Part shown: positions 1 to 14,982 of the stretch, in pieces
How positions within the stretch are numbered: position 1 is the first letter of the stretch
Layout: each line of letters starts with the position of its first letter
Source: the human T2T-CHM13v2.0 reference genome, Homo sapiens
Direction: 5' to 3' (one strand)
DNA length: 64,000 bases
Assembly (NCBI RefSeq): GCF_009914755.1
Contig: NC_060938.1
Position numbers and translations under genes: made by a program
Notes under the pieces: model-generated
Told to the model about the DNA's origin: nothing
Database searches by the model: none
What the model saw: the letters and a program-made list of their open reading frames with translations, nothing else

Positions 1-216
1 GGCAGCAGCAAGAGAGAATGAGAGCCAAGTGCAATTGGTTTCCCCTTACAAAGCCATCAGATCTTGTGAGATTTATTCACTACCACGAGAACAGTATGGG
101 GGAAACTGCTCCCATGATTCAATTATATCTTACCAAGTCCCTCCCACAACACGTGGGAATTATGGGAGCAACAATTCAAGATGAGATTTGGGTGGGGACA
201 CAGTCAAATCATATCA
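1..216 (-). mobile_element. THE1-type MaLR LTR (partial, window edge)
   Basis: gatgagatttgggtggggacacag...atatca is the reverse complement of the THE1 5' end. Confidence 0.9.
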
Positions 217-513
217 GTTTTTTACCAACAATATTTGGCATTCCTTGACTTGCAGCTGCAGAACTCCGGTATCTGCTTTTGTAGTCCTATAGTGTTCTCC
301 CTGGTGGCTCTATCTTTATGGAACCATCTTCTTATAAGGACATCAGTCATACTGGATTAGGGGCCCATCTTACTCCAATATGACCTCATCTTCACTACTA
401 GTATTTGCGATGACCCTGTTTCCAAATAAGGCCACATTTTGAGTTAATGGGGGATTAAGTCTTCATTATGTCTTTTTTTTTTTTTAGGGTGGGGCACAAT
501 TCAACCTGTGTAA
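217..513 (-). mobile_element. MLT1 (B/C-like) MaLR LTR, interrupted by the THE1
   Basis: gaccctgtttccaaataaggccacatt...cacaattcaacc. Confidence 0.8.
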
Positions 514-544
514 CCCCTGGCTATTTTGTAACCTTTTGTAAATG

Positions 545-870
545 CATGGTTTCCCCCAGTAGACTGTGGCTTCCGCCTTATTCGTCTTTGTGCCACTTGC
601 TCTTTCCCATAGTTGGCCCTCATTAAATGTATGTTAAATGTCTGTCTCCCTTCATGAGATAGTAACTTGTGAAAGGAAAGAAGGCGGCTGTGTTTTTTAA
701 ATTAGGTTATGAATAAAGAAAGTAGATTAGGATTTCTTTTCAATATCATGTAAATTCCACAAAAGCAGCAATTCTGCCTGTTTGGTTGACTAATATATCC
801 TTAATGCTTAGAACATGACTGGGCTTAATAAATATTAAGTAGGTGCTTAATAAATATTCACTAAATATTC
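545..870 (+). mobile_element. L2 3'-end fragments
   Basis: tagaacatgactgg...taggtgcttaataaatatt terminal motif. Confidence 0.55.
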
Positions 871-959
871 ATTTTTTGACTGGGCTGGAAACTGGAATGA
901 GTGGATTAAGATTATAGGAAGTAGATTATAGGTAGTTCTGGCAACATATTATTGGTCTT

Positions 960-2078
960 TGTCCTGGCCAGGTCTTTGCTGTGGTTGTTTAAATAAATTC
1001 ATAAGCTTTAACAAGTAAACATGATTCTTGCTAGCTGCCAGCCAGTGGCAGGAGCTTGGTATAAAGGTAACCACTGCTGGGATGCTGAAGGTGTTGTAAT
1101 TGGTTTTCTTGCCTGTAGATCAGCATCCTGCTGAAGACTTTGTGGGTTTCCTCAAGTCCTTCGAGGGTATCAATAATGAGAGAATGCCAGTAATTCCTGA
1201 GAGAAGTTGGCCCTGCTTTTCAGTCTATTCCTACAAACGCCCAATCACTCCTTTGATTGGGACCCGAACTTTTCTCCTGGATACTGCTCACACTGGATAC
1301 TTGGCCGAATCCTATGCATTTCCTGTCATTAACCAATAACCTCTGGATACCACTGGAACTATCCATCCTTGGCTTTTCCCTGGGTCTCTCCATTCTGTGG
1401 AGTTTTGAATGCCCTCCATTATACCACATGTGGGACTTGATTTAGGACTATCAACGCTGAGGAAGTCAAAATTTGCCTTGTTTGCTTCACTTCCTGCCTC
1501 CCAACTGGACTCCTTTTGCTTAGGTGTGGGGTTGGCTTCTGCATACCATAGAAGGCAGATGCCAGCTTCCTTTCAGGGCCTCGGCAGGAGCAGCTCAGTG
1601 TAATGTGAAATGCAAACCTGGGATTGCCCATACCTTGGAGGCCTGCTTTGCATTCCTGTGATGTTATGAGGTTGTGTTTCTTAATGGTCACTTCATGTTT
1701 AGGCTAAACTTTTACGAAGAGCTGTGAGTGTTGGCTTTTGCTGGTTTGAGTCTTGAGTCTTGGAAATGGTATGTGGAGCTAATGATTGTAATGATTTCAG
1801 ATAAAGGGGAGCTACCAAGGAAAGAGTAAATCTGTGTATCTTTGAACACTGACTTTCTACTCACTGAAGTGATGGTGCCTGAATAGCTGGAAGAAGTCAA
1901 GGCTTTGAGAATGCCCACTGACATACTGCATTCTTCTCACTGGGCCTCTGAAGGCAGATTGACTAAGCCTTTGGCCCACTTTTGTCACATGTATAATATT
2001 TATGAATTTTCCCTTTGTCTTTTCTTCCCTATATCTCATTACTATAATTAGCAGCTCCTAATCATAATTCACTTGAAC
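960..2078 (-). pseudogene. Fossil large exon, possibly terminal
   Basis: ttctaacctcccagaggtcctgcag|GT; SVGILKALTSSSYSGTITSVSRKSVFKDTQIYSFLGSSPLSE; AEANPTPKQKESSWEAGSEANKANFDFLSVDSPKSSPTCG; LQQDADLQARKPITTPSASQQW. Confidence 0.6.
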
Positions 2079-2555
2079 CTGCAGGACCTCTGGGAGGTTA
2101 GAAACATAGCAATTATTAAAAGCGGGAGATCATTAAGATTCACTCAAAGGAGGTGAAGGAATAATCATGAACACATTTTCTTATGTGACCTAAAACTTGT
2201 GTGGCCATCTAATTGCTTCTGTTACAGTTGGGGTCAGAATAGAATATCATGTATTTACTTATATCCCACTTCGAAAACCTCTCCCTTACATTTCTTCCTT
2301 GTTCCTTCAATAACCTGATTTCTAGGAACTACCTGCACTGACTTATGCCCTAGGGCCATAAAGATGAGTGAAACCCAACACAATTCTCAGATGCCTGAAA
2401 TTCCATCTAAACCATTCTTTTAGCTTAAAATCATGATTTCTGTGAACACATCTTTGAGAAGACTTAAGCTTTTATCAAGTATTAAAACCTTTGTGTGAAT
2501 GGAATATTCATGGTAGGGATGTTAGCTGTCCTCCAAAGTTCATGCTCTTTCTTTA

Positions 2556-2630
2556 TTAGGCTAGTGCAAAAGTAATTGCGGGTTTTGCCATTATTGGCAA
2601 ATTGCTGCAATTACTTATGCACCAAACTAT
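2556..2630. mobile_element. MADE1 (Hsmar1-derived mariner MITE)
   Basis: Palindromic ttaggctagtgcaaaagtaattgcgg...gcaattacttatgcaccaaacta flanked by TA. Confidence 0.9.
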
Positions 2631-2917
2631 TATATTGCGGAGTTGTTGCTGAGAAGTGGCTGTCTAGGTAGGAACTATATTTCCCAGATCTTCTTGCATC
2701 TGGGACCATCTGACTGAGTTCTGACCAGTGGAGTGTGGCTGGAAGTGTTGTAAGCTGCTTCCAAACCCAGCCTATGGCAACCTTCTGTGTAATTATCTGC
2801 TTGCCTTGCCCTCTTCTTACACCTGCTGGCTGACTGTCCACACCCCGGGTCTCTTTGGAAGTCAAGGGTTGAAGACAGCAGGGTCTCTATCAGTCTAGCC
2901 CTTAAAAAACTATGTGA

Positions 2918-3258
<341 letters not shown>

Positions 3259-3334
3259 ATGGACTTCTCTTATGTTAAGACACTGAAAATTGGAGTTTAT
3301 TATCACAGCTAGTGCTTCCCTAACTAACAAAGAA

Positions 3335-3753
3335 GTAAAACACTTTCTTTAAAACAGTAGGTTTTGATAGGGAATTTGAGACAGCCAATTTCCTCAGAGA
3401 AAGGGAGAGGGCTGTGTCTACTGGTGAATGTGGGAGGGTTCTAGAATGACAAGCAGTGAGCCATAAAATAATTTTCTTCATTTAATTATTCCTTATGTTT
3501 TTTAGTAGCACAGTCTTTCTCTGTTACCCAGGCTGGAGTGCAGTGGTGCAGTCATGGCTTGCTGTAGCCTCGAATGCCTGGGTTCAAGTGATCCTCCCAT
3601 CTCAGCCTTCTGAGTAAACACGAATATTCTTAGGGCTCTGTACTGTTTGTAGCATATTGGCTAAAAAGGATTTTTCACTGATTTAGCATTTCAGATTCTT
3701 TTCTCGCTCTTCGGCTTTTTTTAGTATAGTTTTCCTTCTCTTATTTTCATGGC
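3335..3753 (-). pseudogene. Fossil exon interrupted by a FLAM/AluJ fragment
   Basis: atatttgcttcag|GC, phase 1: HENKRRKTILKKAEEREKNLKC*ISEKSFLANMLQTVQSPKNIR; resumes LNEENYFMAHCLSF*NPPTFTSRHSPLPFSEEIGCLKFP. Confidence 0.6.
3498..3616 (-). mobile_element. FLAM/AluJ fragment
   Basis: cccaggctggagtgcagtgg...caagtgatcctccc. Confidence 0.85.
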
Positions 3754-3900
3754 CTGAAGCAAATATTTGTAAATCATCTCCTATATGTTCAGTACTTTGC
3801 TAAGCACTAGAGTATGCAGTTTTAGTTTCTTCTTGCTCCTAGCTGTGATGTGAAAATTCTAAAATGATATAAATGAACAGCTACACTAACTCAAGATGTA

Positions 3901-4050
3901 CCATCCATCCATCCTTCCATCCATCCATCCATCCATCCATCCATCCATCCATCCTTCCATCCTTCCGTCCGTCCGTCAATCCATCCATCCGTCCGTCCGT
4001 CCATCCATCCATCCATCCATCCATCCATCCATCCATCCATCCATCCATCC
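3901..4050. repeat. (CCAT)n tetranucleotide repeat with CCGT/CCTT variants
   Basis: Direct reading. Confidence 0.98.
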
Positions 4051-4160
4051 CAGTACTTGTACTATCCGCCTATGATGTGCCAGGAGCTCCACAAGGCTCT
4101 GAGGACACAATGGTAAATGAGACACACAGCACTTTGTGTCTCACAGAGCTCACATTCTAA
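4051..4160 (-). mobile_element. L2 3' end
   Basis: cctatgatgtgccagg...ctcacagagctcacattcta. Confidence 0.7.
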
Positions 4161-4289
4161 AAATTAGAAATCATCTTAGAAGTAAATTACTGTTTTAAAT
4201 GCCTGTTATTCATACCCTGTGCTAGAAGTTATGATGGATATAAAAAATACATGGAATTTCTGCTCCAAAAGCCTAGTCGAGGCAGAGAC

Positions 4290-4514
4290 AAGCTCCCTTT
4301 GTCATTGCAACTGAAAGAACTGCTCTAAAGGCAAGGTGAGCTGAGCAGAGTGATTTAGTTCCTTCAATAGCTGCTTGGTTCATGGAAACTTGAGTTCAAG
4401 TGCATCATGAAAGTGACTTTTAAATATTTGATCATTTTATTCTTGGTTATGGTTGCTTTGAGTATTTTCAGTAAAACATCTGCTTGTGTTTCCTGAGTGA
4501 GACATGTATATTAA
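4290..4514 (-). pseudogene. Fossil exon candidate
   Basis: cgtcatctctag|; MSHSGNTSRCFTENTQSNHNQE*NDQIFKSHFHDALELKFP*TKQLLKELNHSAQLTLPLEQFFQLQ. Confidence 0.5.
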
Positions 4515-4579
4515 CTAGAGATGACGTTCTTATGAGTGATTATTACCAATGAAAATGTACTTCATTAATAAATGAAATC

Positions 4580-5053
4580 TGCATTAATTATCTTTTTGCC
4601 ATGTAACAAATTACCCCACAAGTTGGCAGCTTAAAATAACTTTTATTATTTCACAGGTTTTGGCATCAGGCATTTGGGAGTGACTTGGCTGTGTGATTCT
4701 GGCTCAGGGTCTGTCTGAGGCTGCAGTTAGACCTTCCATTGGCATCAGAGGATCCACTTGCAAGCAGACTCACACACATGGCTGTTGGCTGGAGGCCACA
4801 GTTGCTCACCGTGTGGGCCTCTCCACAGGGCTGCTCATGATATGGCTGCTACATCTCCCCAGAGTGTGGGATCCAGAAGAGAGAGTAGGGCAGAAGCCAC
4901 AGTATTCCTTATGGCCTACCTCGGCAATGACATGCCATCAGTTTTTCCATGTTTTATGAATCACACAGGTAACTCTGGCACAATATGGGGAGAGACTACA
5001 GAAGGGTGTGAGCCCCAGGGGGGTGCATCCTAAAGGCTGACTGGCTACCACAG
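4580..5053 (-). mobile_element. MLT1 (H-like) LTR
   Basis: gtaacaaattacccc...gtgggcctctccacagggctgct...ggctaccaca. Confidence 0.8.
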
Positions 5054-5113
5054 TATCCTTTCTCCATAATTTTTTTAACTCTTAGAAATATCACTTGAAT
5101 AAAGTGAGCTTAC

Positions 5114-5458
5114 GTCGTGTTCCTACAAAGAGATTCAGGTGCCACAGGATCTTTAGGACCATATACAAAGAACACAGAGCATGAGAGACTTTGTGTGTGT
5201 TTAGGTGGAGATGTGTATGTAGCCATGCTCTTGCAACTTTGAGAACCTGTTGATCATTTAATACTATACTTCACAGTCCTCACCTGAGTAAGGTGGTGGG
5301 CCACCCCTGTAGGACAAGACCAGCCTTTGGCCTTTAAAGGCTGCTGTTTACCTGTCTTTCCCCTTTTCTCAGTTTTTCCACCAGCATGTGAACTGCAAAG
5401 TTGATTTAGGTGTACCAGGTTTAGCTGCTTGGTGAACTCACAAAGTGTTCCCTTGAGA
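5114..5458 (-). pseudogene. One or two fossil exons
   Basis: Acceptor ttattgtattttaag| at 5458; donor GAC|gtaagc at 5114; SQSCKSMATYTSPPKHTQSLSCSVFFVYGPKDPVAPESLCRNT is open. Confidence 0.5.
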
Positions 5459-5513
5459 CTTAAAATACAATAAGCCAGATTGAAGAGAATCAAACATATG
5501 CCATGGATTCAAT

Positions 5514-5687
5514 CAGTGATTCACGAATTTGTCTGATCATAAGAATTATCTTCCATTCATTAGAAATACATATTCTCAGACTTTCCTAGACCTATTATAT
5601 CAGAATCTTCTGTGGAGAGGCCTGTGTTTGTTTTTTTAAAGTCATTTCAGGTATTTTTTTAGGTTTCATAAGATGAGAAAACACTGG
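5514..5687. mobile_element. MER5-type hAT-Charlie MITE
   Basis: cagtgattc...cagacctattatatcagaatct...gaaaacactg. Confidence 0.65.
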
Positions 5688-5749
5688 ATTATATCACGTC
5701 GGGAATAGGAATTAGATGAACATCTAACTTAATGGGATTCATTTAATTT

Positions 5750-6442
<693 letters not shown>

Positions 6443-6491
6443 CTAATTTTAAAACTCCACAAGAGATACTATTCCATCATGTATAGTGCAT

Positions 6492-6938
6492 ATACTACTT
6501 ATTTTCTGTGGCCATCATAACAAATTACCACAAACTTGGTGGTTTAGAACAACAGAAATGTGTTCTTTCACAGTTCTATAGTCGAGTCTGAAATCAGGGT
6601 GTTGGCAGGGCCATGCTCCCTCTGAAGGTGCCAGGGAGCGAATCTTTCTTTGCCTCCCCTTATGGCTCCAGGTGTTTCTTGGCTTGTGATTACATAACTT
6701 CAGTCTCTCCCTCCATCTTCACATGGTGTTCCTCTCTCCTTCCTGTGTGTCTCTCCTGTGTGACTCTTGGAAGGATACTTGTCACTGGATTTGGGACTCA
6801 TTGGGACAATGTTATCTCAAGCTGCTTAACCTAATTACATGTCCAAAGACCCCTTTTTCCCAAGTAAGCTCATAGTCACAGGTTATGAGTGTTAGGGCAT
6901 GGAGATATCTTTCTGGGTCCACCATTCAACGTACCACA
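6492..6938 (-). mobile_element. MLT1 (C-like) LTR
   Basis: acaaattaccacaaacttggtggtt...ccattcaacgtaccaca. Confidence 0.85.
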
Positions 6939-7018
6939 CTACTTTACTGTAAAACTGGAAGCAAATTGTATGTAATATAGCTTGTAATGGCCCGAGTTAG
7001 CTGAGAATTTTTCTTTAC

Positions 7019-8361
<1,343 letters not shown>

Positions 8362-8523
8362 CTATGGACAAGTATTTCCTAGGATTCCAACTAGGTAACT
8401 AGATAACCCTGAAATGGTTGCAGAGGTTGAATTTTCAAGGACCGGCCATAGACTAGAACCTACCTAGGCTTGGAGATCTGCTATCAGAACCAGGCACTTT
8501 TTAAAATAGTTTACAGCCCTTAC

Positions 8524-8697
8524 CTTTAATGTTCAGCCCTGATTTAGGTAGTTTTAAGTATTTTCGGTCTAAAGTAATAGTTTGGCCAATTTGGAGGGGC
8601 ATTCACATTCTTACAGTTCTGGATTATATCACATCAGAGTTGGAAAAGCAGGTGCTGTCCCAAGCCCATCCTCATTCAGCAAGGCAATTGTTGTTTT
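8524..8697 (-). pseudogene. Fossil symmetric phase-1 exon (174 nt)
   Basis: cttttgtacatttttcaacag|AA...TAAAG|gtaagg; 3 stops; MPLQIGQTITLDRKYLKLPKSGLNIK. Confidence 0.7.
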
Positions 8698-9412
8698 CTG
8701 TTGAAAAATGTACAAAAGAAGATGCCAGTGGATTTGCATCATTGAAATGAAAGAACCAAGGCAGATGAAAAAGAGGCTCAGAGGAGCTATGTCCTATGTG
8801 TTTAAGAAAAAGCTGAACACCACAGCAGCTTAAAAAATTGAAAGCATTAAAATCAATATCTAAGAGGTTCATTTAACCATAACAAAAACACCTTAGCAAC
8901 AGACTTTTTTATAGTGCTTTGCAAAGGAAGTGGGGCTCTCTGAGCTGTGATTGGCCACTCGGTGCAGTGAACCTGTGAAAAAGAACTCAATGTTCCATTG
9001 AACTGGAAGCAAATTATGGTTGCCAAGGGAACCAGCTCCTCTGCACCTCTCAGGTGAAAGGATGTTTGATCTTTAAAATAACAGAAATGGGTTTGCATGA
9101 GGAATATTATCTGCATGGTGCAAAAAGCGCAGTTAGGGGGAAACAAATGTATTATTGCTGTAATTTACCTAATGATTATAGAGGCAGATAATTGTTGGGA
9201 AGGCATTTGGTATGTACCTTACAAGACAGGCTGGCAAAAATTCAATTGCAAATTTATTAACATCATGTATATTTTCAAGATGATTATGGGAGTGATGTGT
9301 CTTTAAGTTTTAATGCCATTTTAGAATGAATTTTGATTACCAGTTAATATTTGATACTACTGCTCTGGGTACATGTCCCATGCTGGGAGACTAAGAATTT
9401 ATCAAACCTTAC

Positions 9413-9440
9413 CTCTAATTTGAAAAGACTTTGCTAAGCA
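9413..9440 (-). pseudogene. Fossil micro-exon candidate (28 nt)
   Basis: aattctgtttctcag|TGCTTAGCAAAGTCTTTTCAAATTAGAG|gtaagg; read from phase 0 it ends in phase 1, matching the next exon. Confidence 0.4.
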
Positions 9441-10221
9441 CTGAGAAACAGAATTATGCATGAAAAAGGGGGAACACGTGGGCTTCTTTAAAAAATCAGA
9501 GGATAGGATAGGATTACTAAATTCATTTTCATTTTGCTTACTGCTGTCGCACTGACAGCGTTTCACACAAATGTGACATTGTGTGTACTTATGACCAAGG
9601 AGTCATTTGTTGGGTATGATTTCAAAAGAGTCAATTTGTATTATCCTATGTTTGGAAGCTCTGAATTATTGAGCTAAGGCAAGGTTTATGGCCTTTATGT
9701 TTGCTGTCTAGCAAAGAGTATTGAATAATGAACTACATTTTTAATCAAATATTTCCTTTTACTCTAATCCTTTATTTCCCAGTGGCCCTAACCTGATTTA
9801 TTGTGTTGAGTGCTCTACGAGGAGTCTATGTAACCTTGGTGTTCTCCTGAGAGAAGATGTATATTGACTCAGGAAGTAGCAAAGAAAATAATAGTTTTGA
9901 CTCCTGGAAGTACTTAAGTTTTAGGCTATCAGTCCATTTATCTATCCATTCATCTCTCCATCAAACATATCATTCCCCCACATACAAAACATTAAAGGAG
10001 CTACAAAGATAAAGATGATTTAGTCCCCATCACTGTAATCTCTTGATAGGAACAGACAGAAACAGAATGAACTAAAGCTGCAAAAGAGCTCCAGGAATAG
10101 TGCCAGGGATGTGGTAGGCATTCAAGAATGAATGAATGAATAAAGATAAAAAGTGGGATAGAAACATGAGGTACAGAGTGATGGGTGATGAATTCTATTA
10201 GAGAATCTGGAGTCTTGGTCC

Positions 10222-10522
10222 TTCTTCATTTCATCCAGATTTTGCTCAATGTGACATTCCTTAGAAATCTTCCCTTCTCCATATCCCTCCCTATCCTGTG
10301 GACAGCTCAAACATGTTTTTATCTCCTTGCCTAGCCATGTTTTTGTCACGATGTGCAAATATACCATATATTTGTTTATTAAAATTTGTGTATTTCTGCC
10401 ATTAGAATGTGTGCTCATGAGTATAGGGATTTTGTCCAGCATGTGACCGTGTCCCCAGAGCTGTAGTGCCCAGAACATAGCATATGCTGCACCCGATATT
10501 TGTGGAAAGGATGAATGAATGA
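10222..10522 (+). mobile_element. L2 3' end
   Basis: ttagaatgtgtgctcatgag...atatttgtggaaaggatgaatgaatg. Confidence 0.75.
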
Positions 10523-10911
10523 TGGGTTCTGGAAATACAGTTTGCTACCATGGAAACCTGAGGACTACTTTATACTTTAAAGACTATAGTCTATAGACTG
10601 GAGGGGATTGGTGGCTGACCAAAAAATTAAAAAAAATTATTTTTCTTTTTACATCTTTAAAGATTGCCCTTAAGAAAAAATTAATATCATGTAAGACATG
10701 AGGAGTAAGGCAGCATAGAATGCTAATGCATACTGATATGTGATGTACAATTATTGTCTTTTCCATATTTTGAAGTTAAACAATTTCCCATTGATGGAAA
10801 TGAAAGAAAATATACTCTGCTGTAATGATTATGGACACTGGACTGTATTTACACTAGTTTTAGCCTCAACTAAAAATGATAGAAGAAAATAAGATCATCC
10901 TTCTTTGGGTC

Positions 10912-10913
<2 letters not shown>

Positions 10914-10959
<46 letters not shown>
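10914..10959. repeat. (TG)23 microsatellite
   Basis: Direct reading. Confidence 0.98.
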
Positions 10960-10962
<3 letters not shown>

Positions 10963-10989
10963 TAAAACTCGAAGTTACAGGGACGAACT

Positions 10990-11581
10990 TGCATATGAAT
11001 TTTGAAAATACACCAGGCAAGATGGATCTTCATAAGAAAAAGGCTCATTCAGTTTAAAAGCCTGGGCCCAAACTTGGATTTTTCCAACATAGCCTTGTCT
11101 GCAAACTTTCTTTTTGCAGTGCAAAGGAAAATAATGCACACACTATTAGAGAAGCTCCAGATTTACTGGCCAGTCTCACATTTTAAAGCAGGTCTTGGAG
11201 AAATAAGGTCACACTTCTTTAGCATTCAAATGGAAGAAATTACTGGGGTTTCTCAGGATAGCCTCTCCTATTTTTCCTATTCTGTGAGCCCCTTTTGGAA
11301 CATTTAAAGGCTATTGACATCTTTGAAATGGTATAGAGAGTTATAATTTGTTCAGTTTGGGATAGCATTAATTTCTCTGTAATATTTTGTTGGATCACTT
11401 TGGAGCTGGAGAAGCTTCATGACTTCTGAAAACTCAGGACCAAGCAAAGTTTCTTTGCTAGGCAAAACTCCAACTGGAAGGAAAAGCTTGGTCTCTGAAG
11501 TCCAATGAGGCACAGATGACGCACTATTTTTGCTGTTTTGGTGAAGCAAAAGCTCCACATGTTGTGGCTGAATCATGCTGT
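10990..11581 (-). pseudogene. Fossil exon, 3' end uncertain
   Basis: atcccttcatatag|AC, phase 1: SMIQPQHVELLLHQNSKNSASSVPHWTSETKLFLPVGVLPSKETLLGPEFSEV; later SYEDPSCLVYFQNSYA. Confidence 0.6.
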
Positions 11582-11589
11582 CTATATGA

Positions 11590-12290
11590 AGGGATCTCAT
11601 TCAGTCCCATGCACACTATTTTAGCATACTCTTAGGACTCTCTATTTTTATCTCCAGTGTTGACCTGAAATCCAGACTCATTTATCCAATCAGCATTTTC
11701 ACTTAAGTGTCCAGTAGGCCTCTCTAATTGAGCATGTTCAGGACAGACTCCCTACCATCAGATTCCTCCCTACCACCTGTTCCTCCTCCAGTGTTCCCCA
11801 GCTGTGTAAAGTGGCACCATCTGTTGGCTGAGGCCAAAAACCTTGGGGTTATCTTTGACTCATTTTCTTCATGCTTTATATCCAGTCTATCTATCAGTCA
11901 TCCCAACAAGTTGATTTGGGTTTCTCCTCAAAAATATATCCACATCCATTGCTTTTACCCAGTTATAAGCCACCATTATCCTTCTCTTGAGCTCCTGAGG
12001 GAGGCTTCTAAGTAATTTCCCTTCTTACAGCCTTGCCCCTTTTAGCCTGTTCTCCAGACAGCAGCAAACTGAGCCTTTTATGCTATAAATCAGGCCTTGT
12101 TACACCCTGGCTTAAAACCCTCCACTGGTTTCCAATTATGTCTAGAATCAGATCCAAACTCTTACCATGGCCCATAGGTTGTACATGATCTGGTGCGGCC
12201 TCATCTCCTCCAACTCTTCCCTTATCTACTGTGCTCCTAATCACATAGTCTAGAACAATTGCCCCTATCACTCTCCATGCCTCAACCCAC
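11590..12290 (+). mobile_element. L2 fragment
   Basis: aggccaaaaaccttggggttatctttgactc; cttaaaaccctccactgg. Confidence 0.8.
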
Positions 12291-12899
12291 TTATTTTTTT
12301 CATGGATTTGTAGTTTGAGATGACAATAAATGATACCCCTCTTTTTCTGTCATGTTCTGAATTTCATAAATAGGATAATGAGGATAGCCGGATGGTCAAC
12401 AAAATATATCTGCCTTTTTTTGGGTGGTAAAGTGGTTAGATGAACATGGCTTTAGATTTTTGGCCAAGAAGGGTATAGCAGTGATGGCAACAAAGACCCT
12501 GTTCTCAAGATACTTAACGTTTGAAGAAGATTGAATTTTTTTTAAAACAGCACACACATACATTTAATTCGTGTAATATGTAATATAGATGTATGCATAC
12601 ATAACATACATCTATGAACTAGAAACATAATATAAAATTCCCTACTGCCAGAAATTCTTTGAATTTATAAACATCGCATGTTTGAAACATTGAATTGAAC
12701 TATAGGAACAAGTTTAGGACAACTTTTTTTTTAGAGAAATAAAAAACCCAGTTGAAATCATTTGAGAGTGAGGAGTTAATTCTTCATTGGTTTCTTTTTT
12801 GAACATGTGTGTGTATACATACATTTATTAGGTATACCTTTTTACTTCTCAACACATACCATGATGAGCAATTGTTTTTGAACAGATTTCTACTCTAAA

Positions 12900-14433
12900 G
12901 GAAATAGATATCTATATGAAGTTCACTGCTGGGAAAATTGCTCCTGTGTGTTGGCGTCCAGTGTGACTATGCTTTGTCAATTGATCTTTCTATGGTCAGA
13001 AATCTCCAGACATCTGGAAATGCTGAAGAACCCATTTGAAGGTTGCTTCTACTTAGAAGACCTTTACATTAAAGCATGGATTATTAATCCTTTCCCTGCT
13101 GACATCAGTGCATCAGTGATATAGTCTTTGCCAAAGATGATCTCACGGGTTTGAGGACAAAAGAAATAGTACAACGTGAATTCAACCTACATCTTGGAGC
13201 ATTCTTGTGTTCCTTGATACAGTGTTTTCTGTCTGTCAAGGTGAAAGACATACTTTGATTCTTTGCTGTTGCATGTCTTTAAGCATATTTTTTTTTCCAG
13301 GACTAGTTGCTATCAAAATGCAAAGTTGCTTAAATACTAAAGATGACTTGCATTGTATTTGAAAACCATTTTAGAATTCCAAATCAATAACTTCAACCTT
13401 CTTATTGAAATTTAGCTTTGAGCAGATTTTCTTTTGTGGAGCAAAATTTGGATTTCAGTCTTTGTTCAGGAAATATCCATTACTTTTTTTCATAAAAAAT
13501 GAGTGAGAAACATAACTTTTTATAAGGCTGCTTTTATATTCTGCCTAGGTGAAGAAAATAAATTTCCATTTCACAAATGCATTGTATGTGCAGTCTTTTG
13601 TGTTTTATGTGCTCCTATTACTCCACGGAGAGCTTATATTAGATTCTGGGAGGGCTTTTTTCCCTGCGATTTATTTTTTTTATTGACGAGTAATAGTTGC
13701 AAATATTTATGGGATATATGTGATATTTTGATACATACATACTATGTATAATGATGAAATCAGGGTAATTCAGATATCTATCACCTCAAACATTTATCAT
13801 TTCTTTGTGTTAAGAACCTTCCAAATCTTCTCTTCTAGCTATTTTGAAATGTGCAATATATTATTGATAACTATAGTCACCCTGCTGTGCTATCGAACAG
13901 TAGAACCTATTCCTTTTATCTAACTGTATTGGACTCATTAACCAGCCTCTCCTTATCTCCTCTCCCCTGATCCTTCCCAGCCTCTGGTGACTACCATTCT
14001 ACTCTCTACCTCCATGAGATCCACTTTTTTTCTTTTGGCTCCCACATATAAGTAAGAACATGAGATATTTGTCTTTCTTTGGCTGGCTTATTTCACTTAA
14101 GACAGTGACCTCCAGTTCCATCTAGTTGTTGACAATGACAGGATTTCATTCTTTTTTTAACCAAATAGTATTTTATTGTGTATATATGACACATTTTCTT
14201 TATCCAGTCATCTGTTGATAGACACTTAGGTTGATTTTATATTTTGGCTATTATTAATAGTGCTGCAATAAACATGAGAATGCAGATATCTCTTCAACAT
14301 ACTGATTTGCTTTCTTTTGGATATATACCCAGCAGTGGGATTGCTGGATCATATGGTAGGTCTGTAGTTTTTTGAAGAACCTCCATAATGAGATTCTCAG
14401 ATGGGTTTGTGATCCCAACAAGTGAAGATCACT
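12900..14433 (+). mobile_element. hAT-Charlie element with transposase C-terminal remnant, split by L1
   Basis: SEISRHLEMLKNPFEGCFYLEDLYIKAWIINPF; FAKDDLTGLRTKEIVQREFN; FPGLVAIK...LNTKDDL; terminus gattctcagatgggtttgtgatccc...gatcactg after the L1. Confidence 0.75.
13672..14387 (-). mobile_element. L1MA-type 3' end
   Basis: atcacctcaaacatttatcatttctttgtg; atacccagcagtgggattgctggatcatatgg. Confidence 0.9.
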
Positions 14434-14454
14434 GTCTTGGAGAGTCCCATCCTT

Positions 14455-14937
14455 GCATGGATGTCTGTTGCCTTGTTTACACAGCATCTATTTTCCTCCT
14501 GGTAATTGTACCCTGTCTCTTTGGCCATACTTAGTACACAGCATGGGAGTCCTGTGACTAATCAAATCAGTGGCCTATTCATCCTCTGGGCCACAGGGAT
14601 TGACTGGTTCACGGACAAGTAAATAAGCCTAGTGGTCCAATAAGAGCCAGTTCTAAGATTTTTTGGGGGGAGCATATTGAGGAAGGAAGCTATCTTCTAC
14701 TAGACTTGGAGCTATGATCATAGAAGCCTAGTTACCCCTTAAGGGGAAACGTTCCCAACCAAAACATAAAGCCAGTGCAATTGAAAGCAGAGTCAGGAGG
14801 TCAAGGAGGGCAGCTTCTTGATATTGTTTGAGTTTCTGGATTTGATTACATCTGATTTTAAGTTGTGTGAAACCACTTTTTTTTTGCTTAAAGGTACTTG
14901 AGTTGGACTTTTTTTTGTCACTTGCAAATGAGAGTCA
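14455..14937 (+). mobile_element. Old MLT1 (K/L-like) LTR
   Basis: tttgcttaaagg...gagttggacttt...gtcacttgcaa 3' motif. Confidence 0.6.
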
Positions 14938-14982
14938 GAACAAGGCTGTTCTAATTATAAATAAACACAGCACTATAAACTA

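Noticed and set aside
3873-4160. HPSI-repeat ORF, and similar ORFs over (CA)n/(TA)n tracts
   Set aside because: Stop-free translation of simple repeats.
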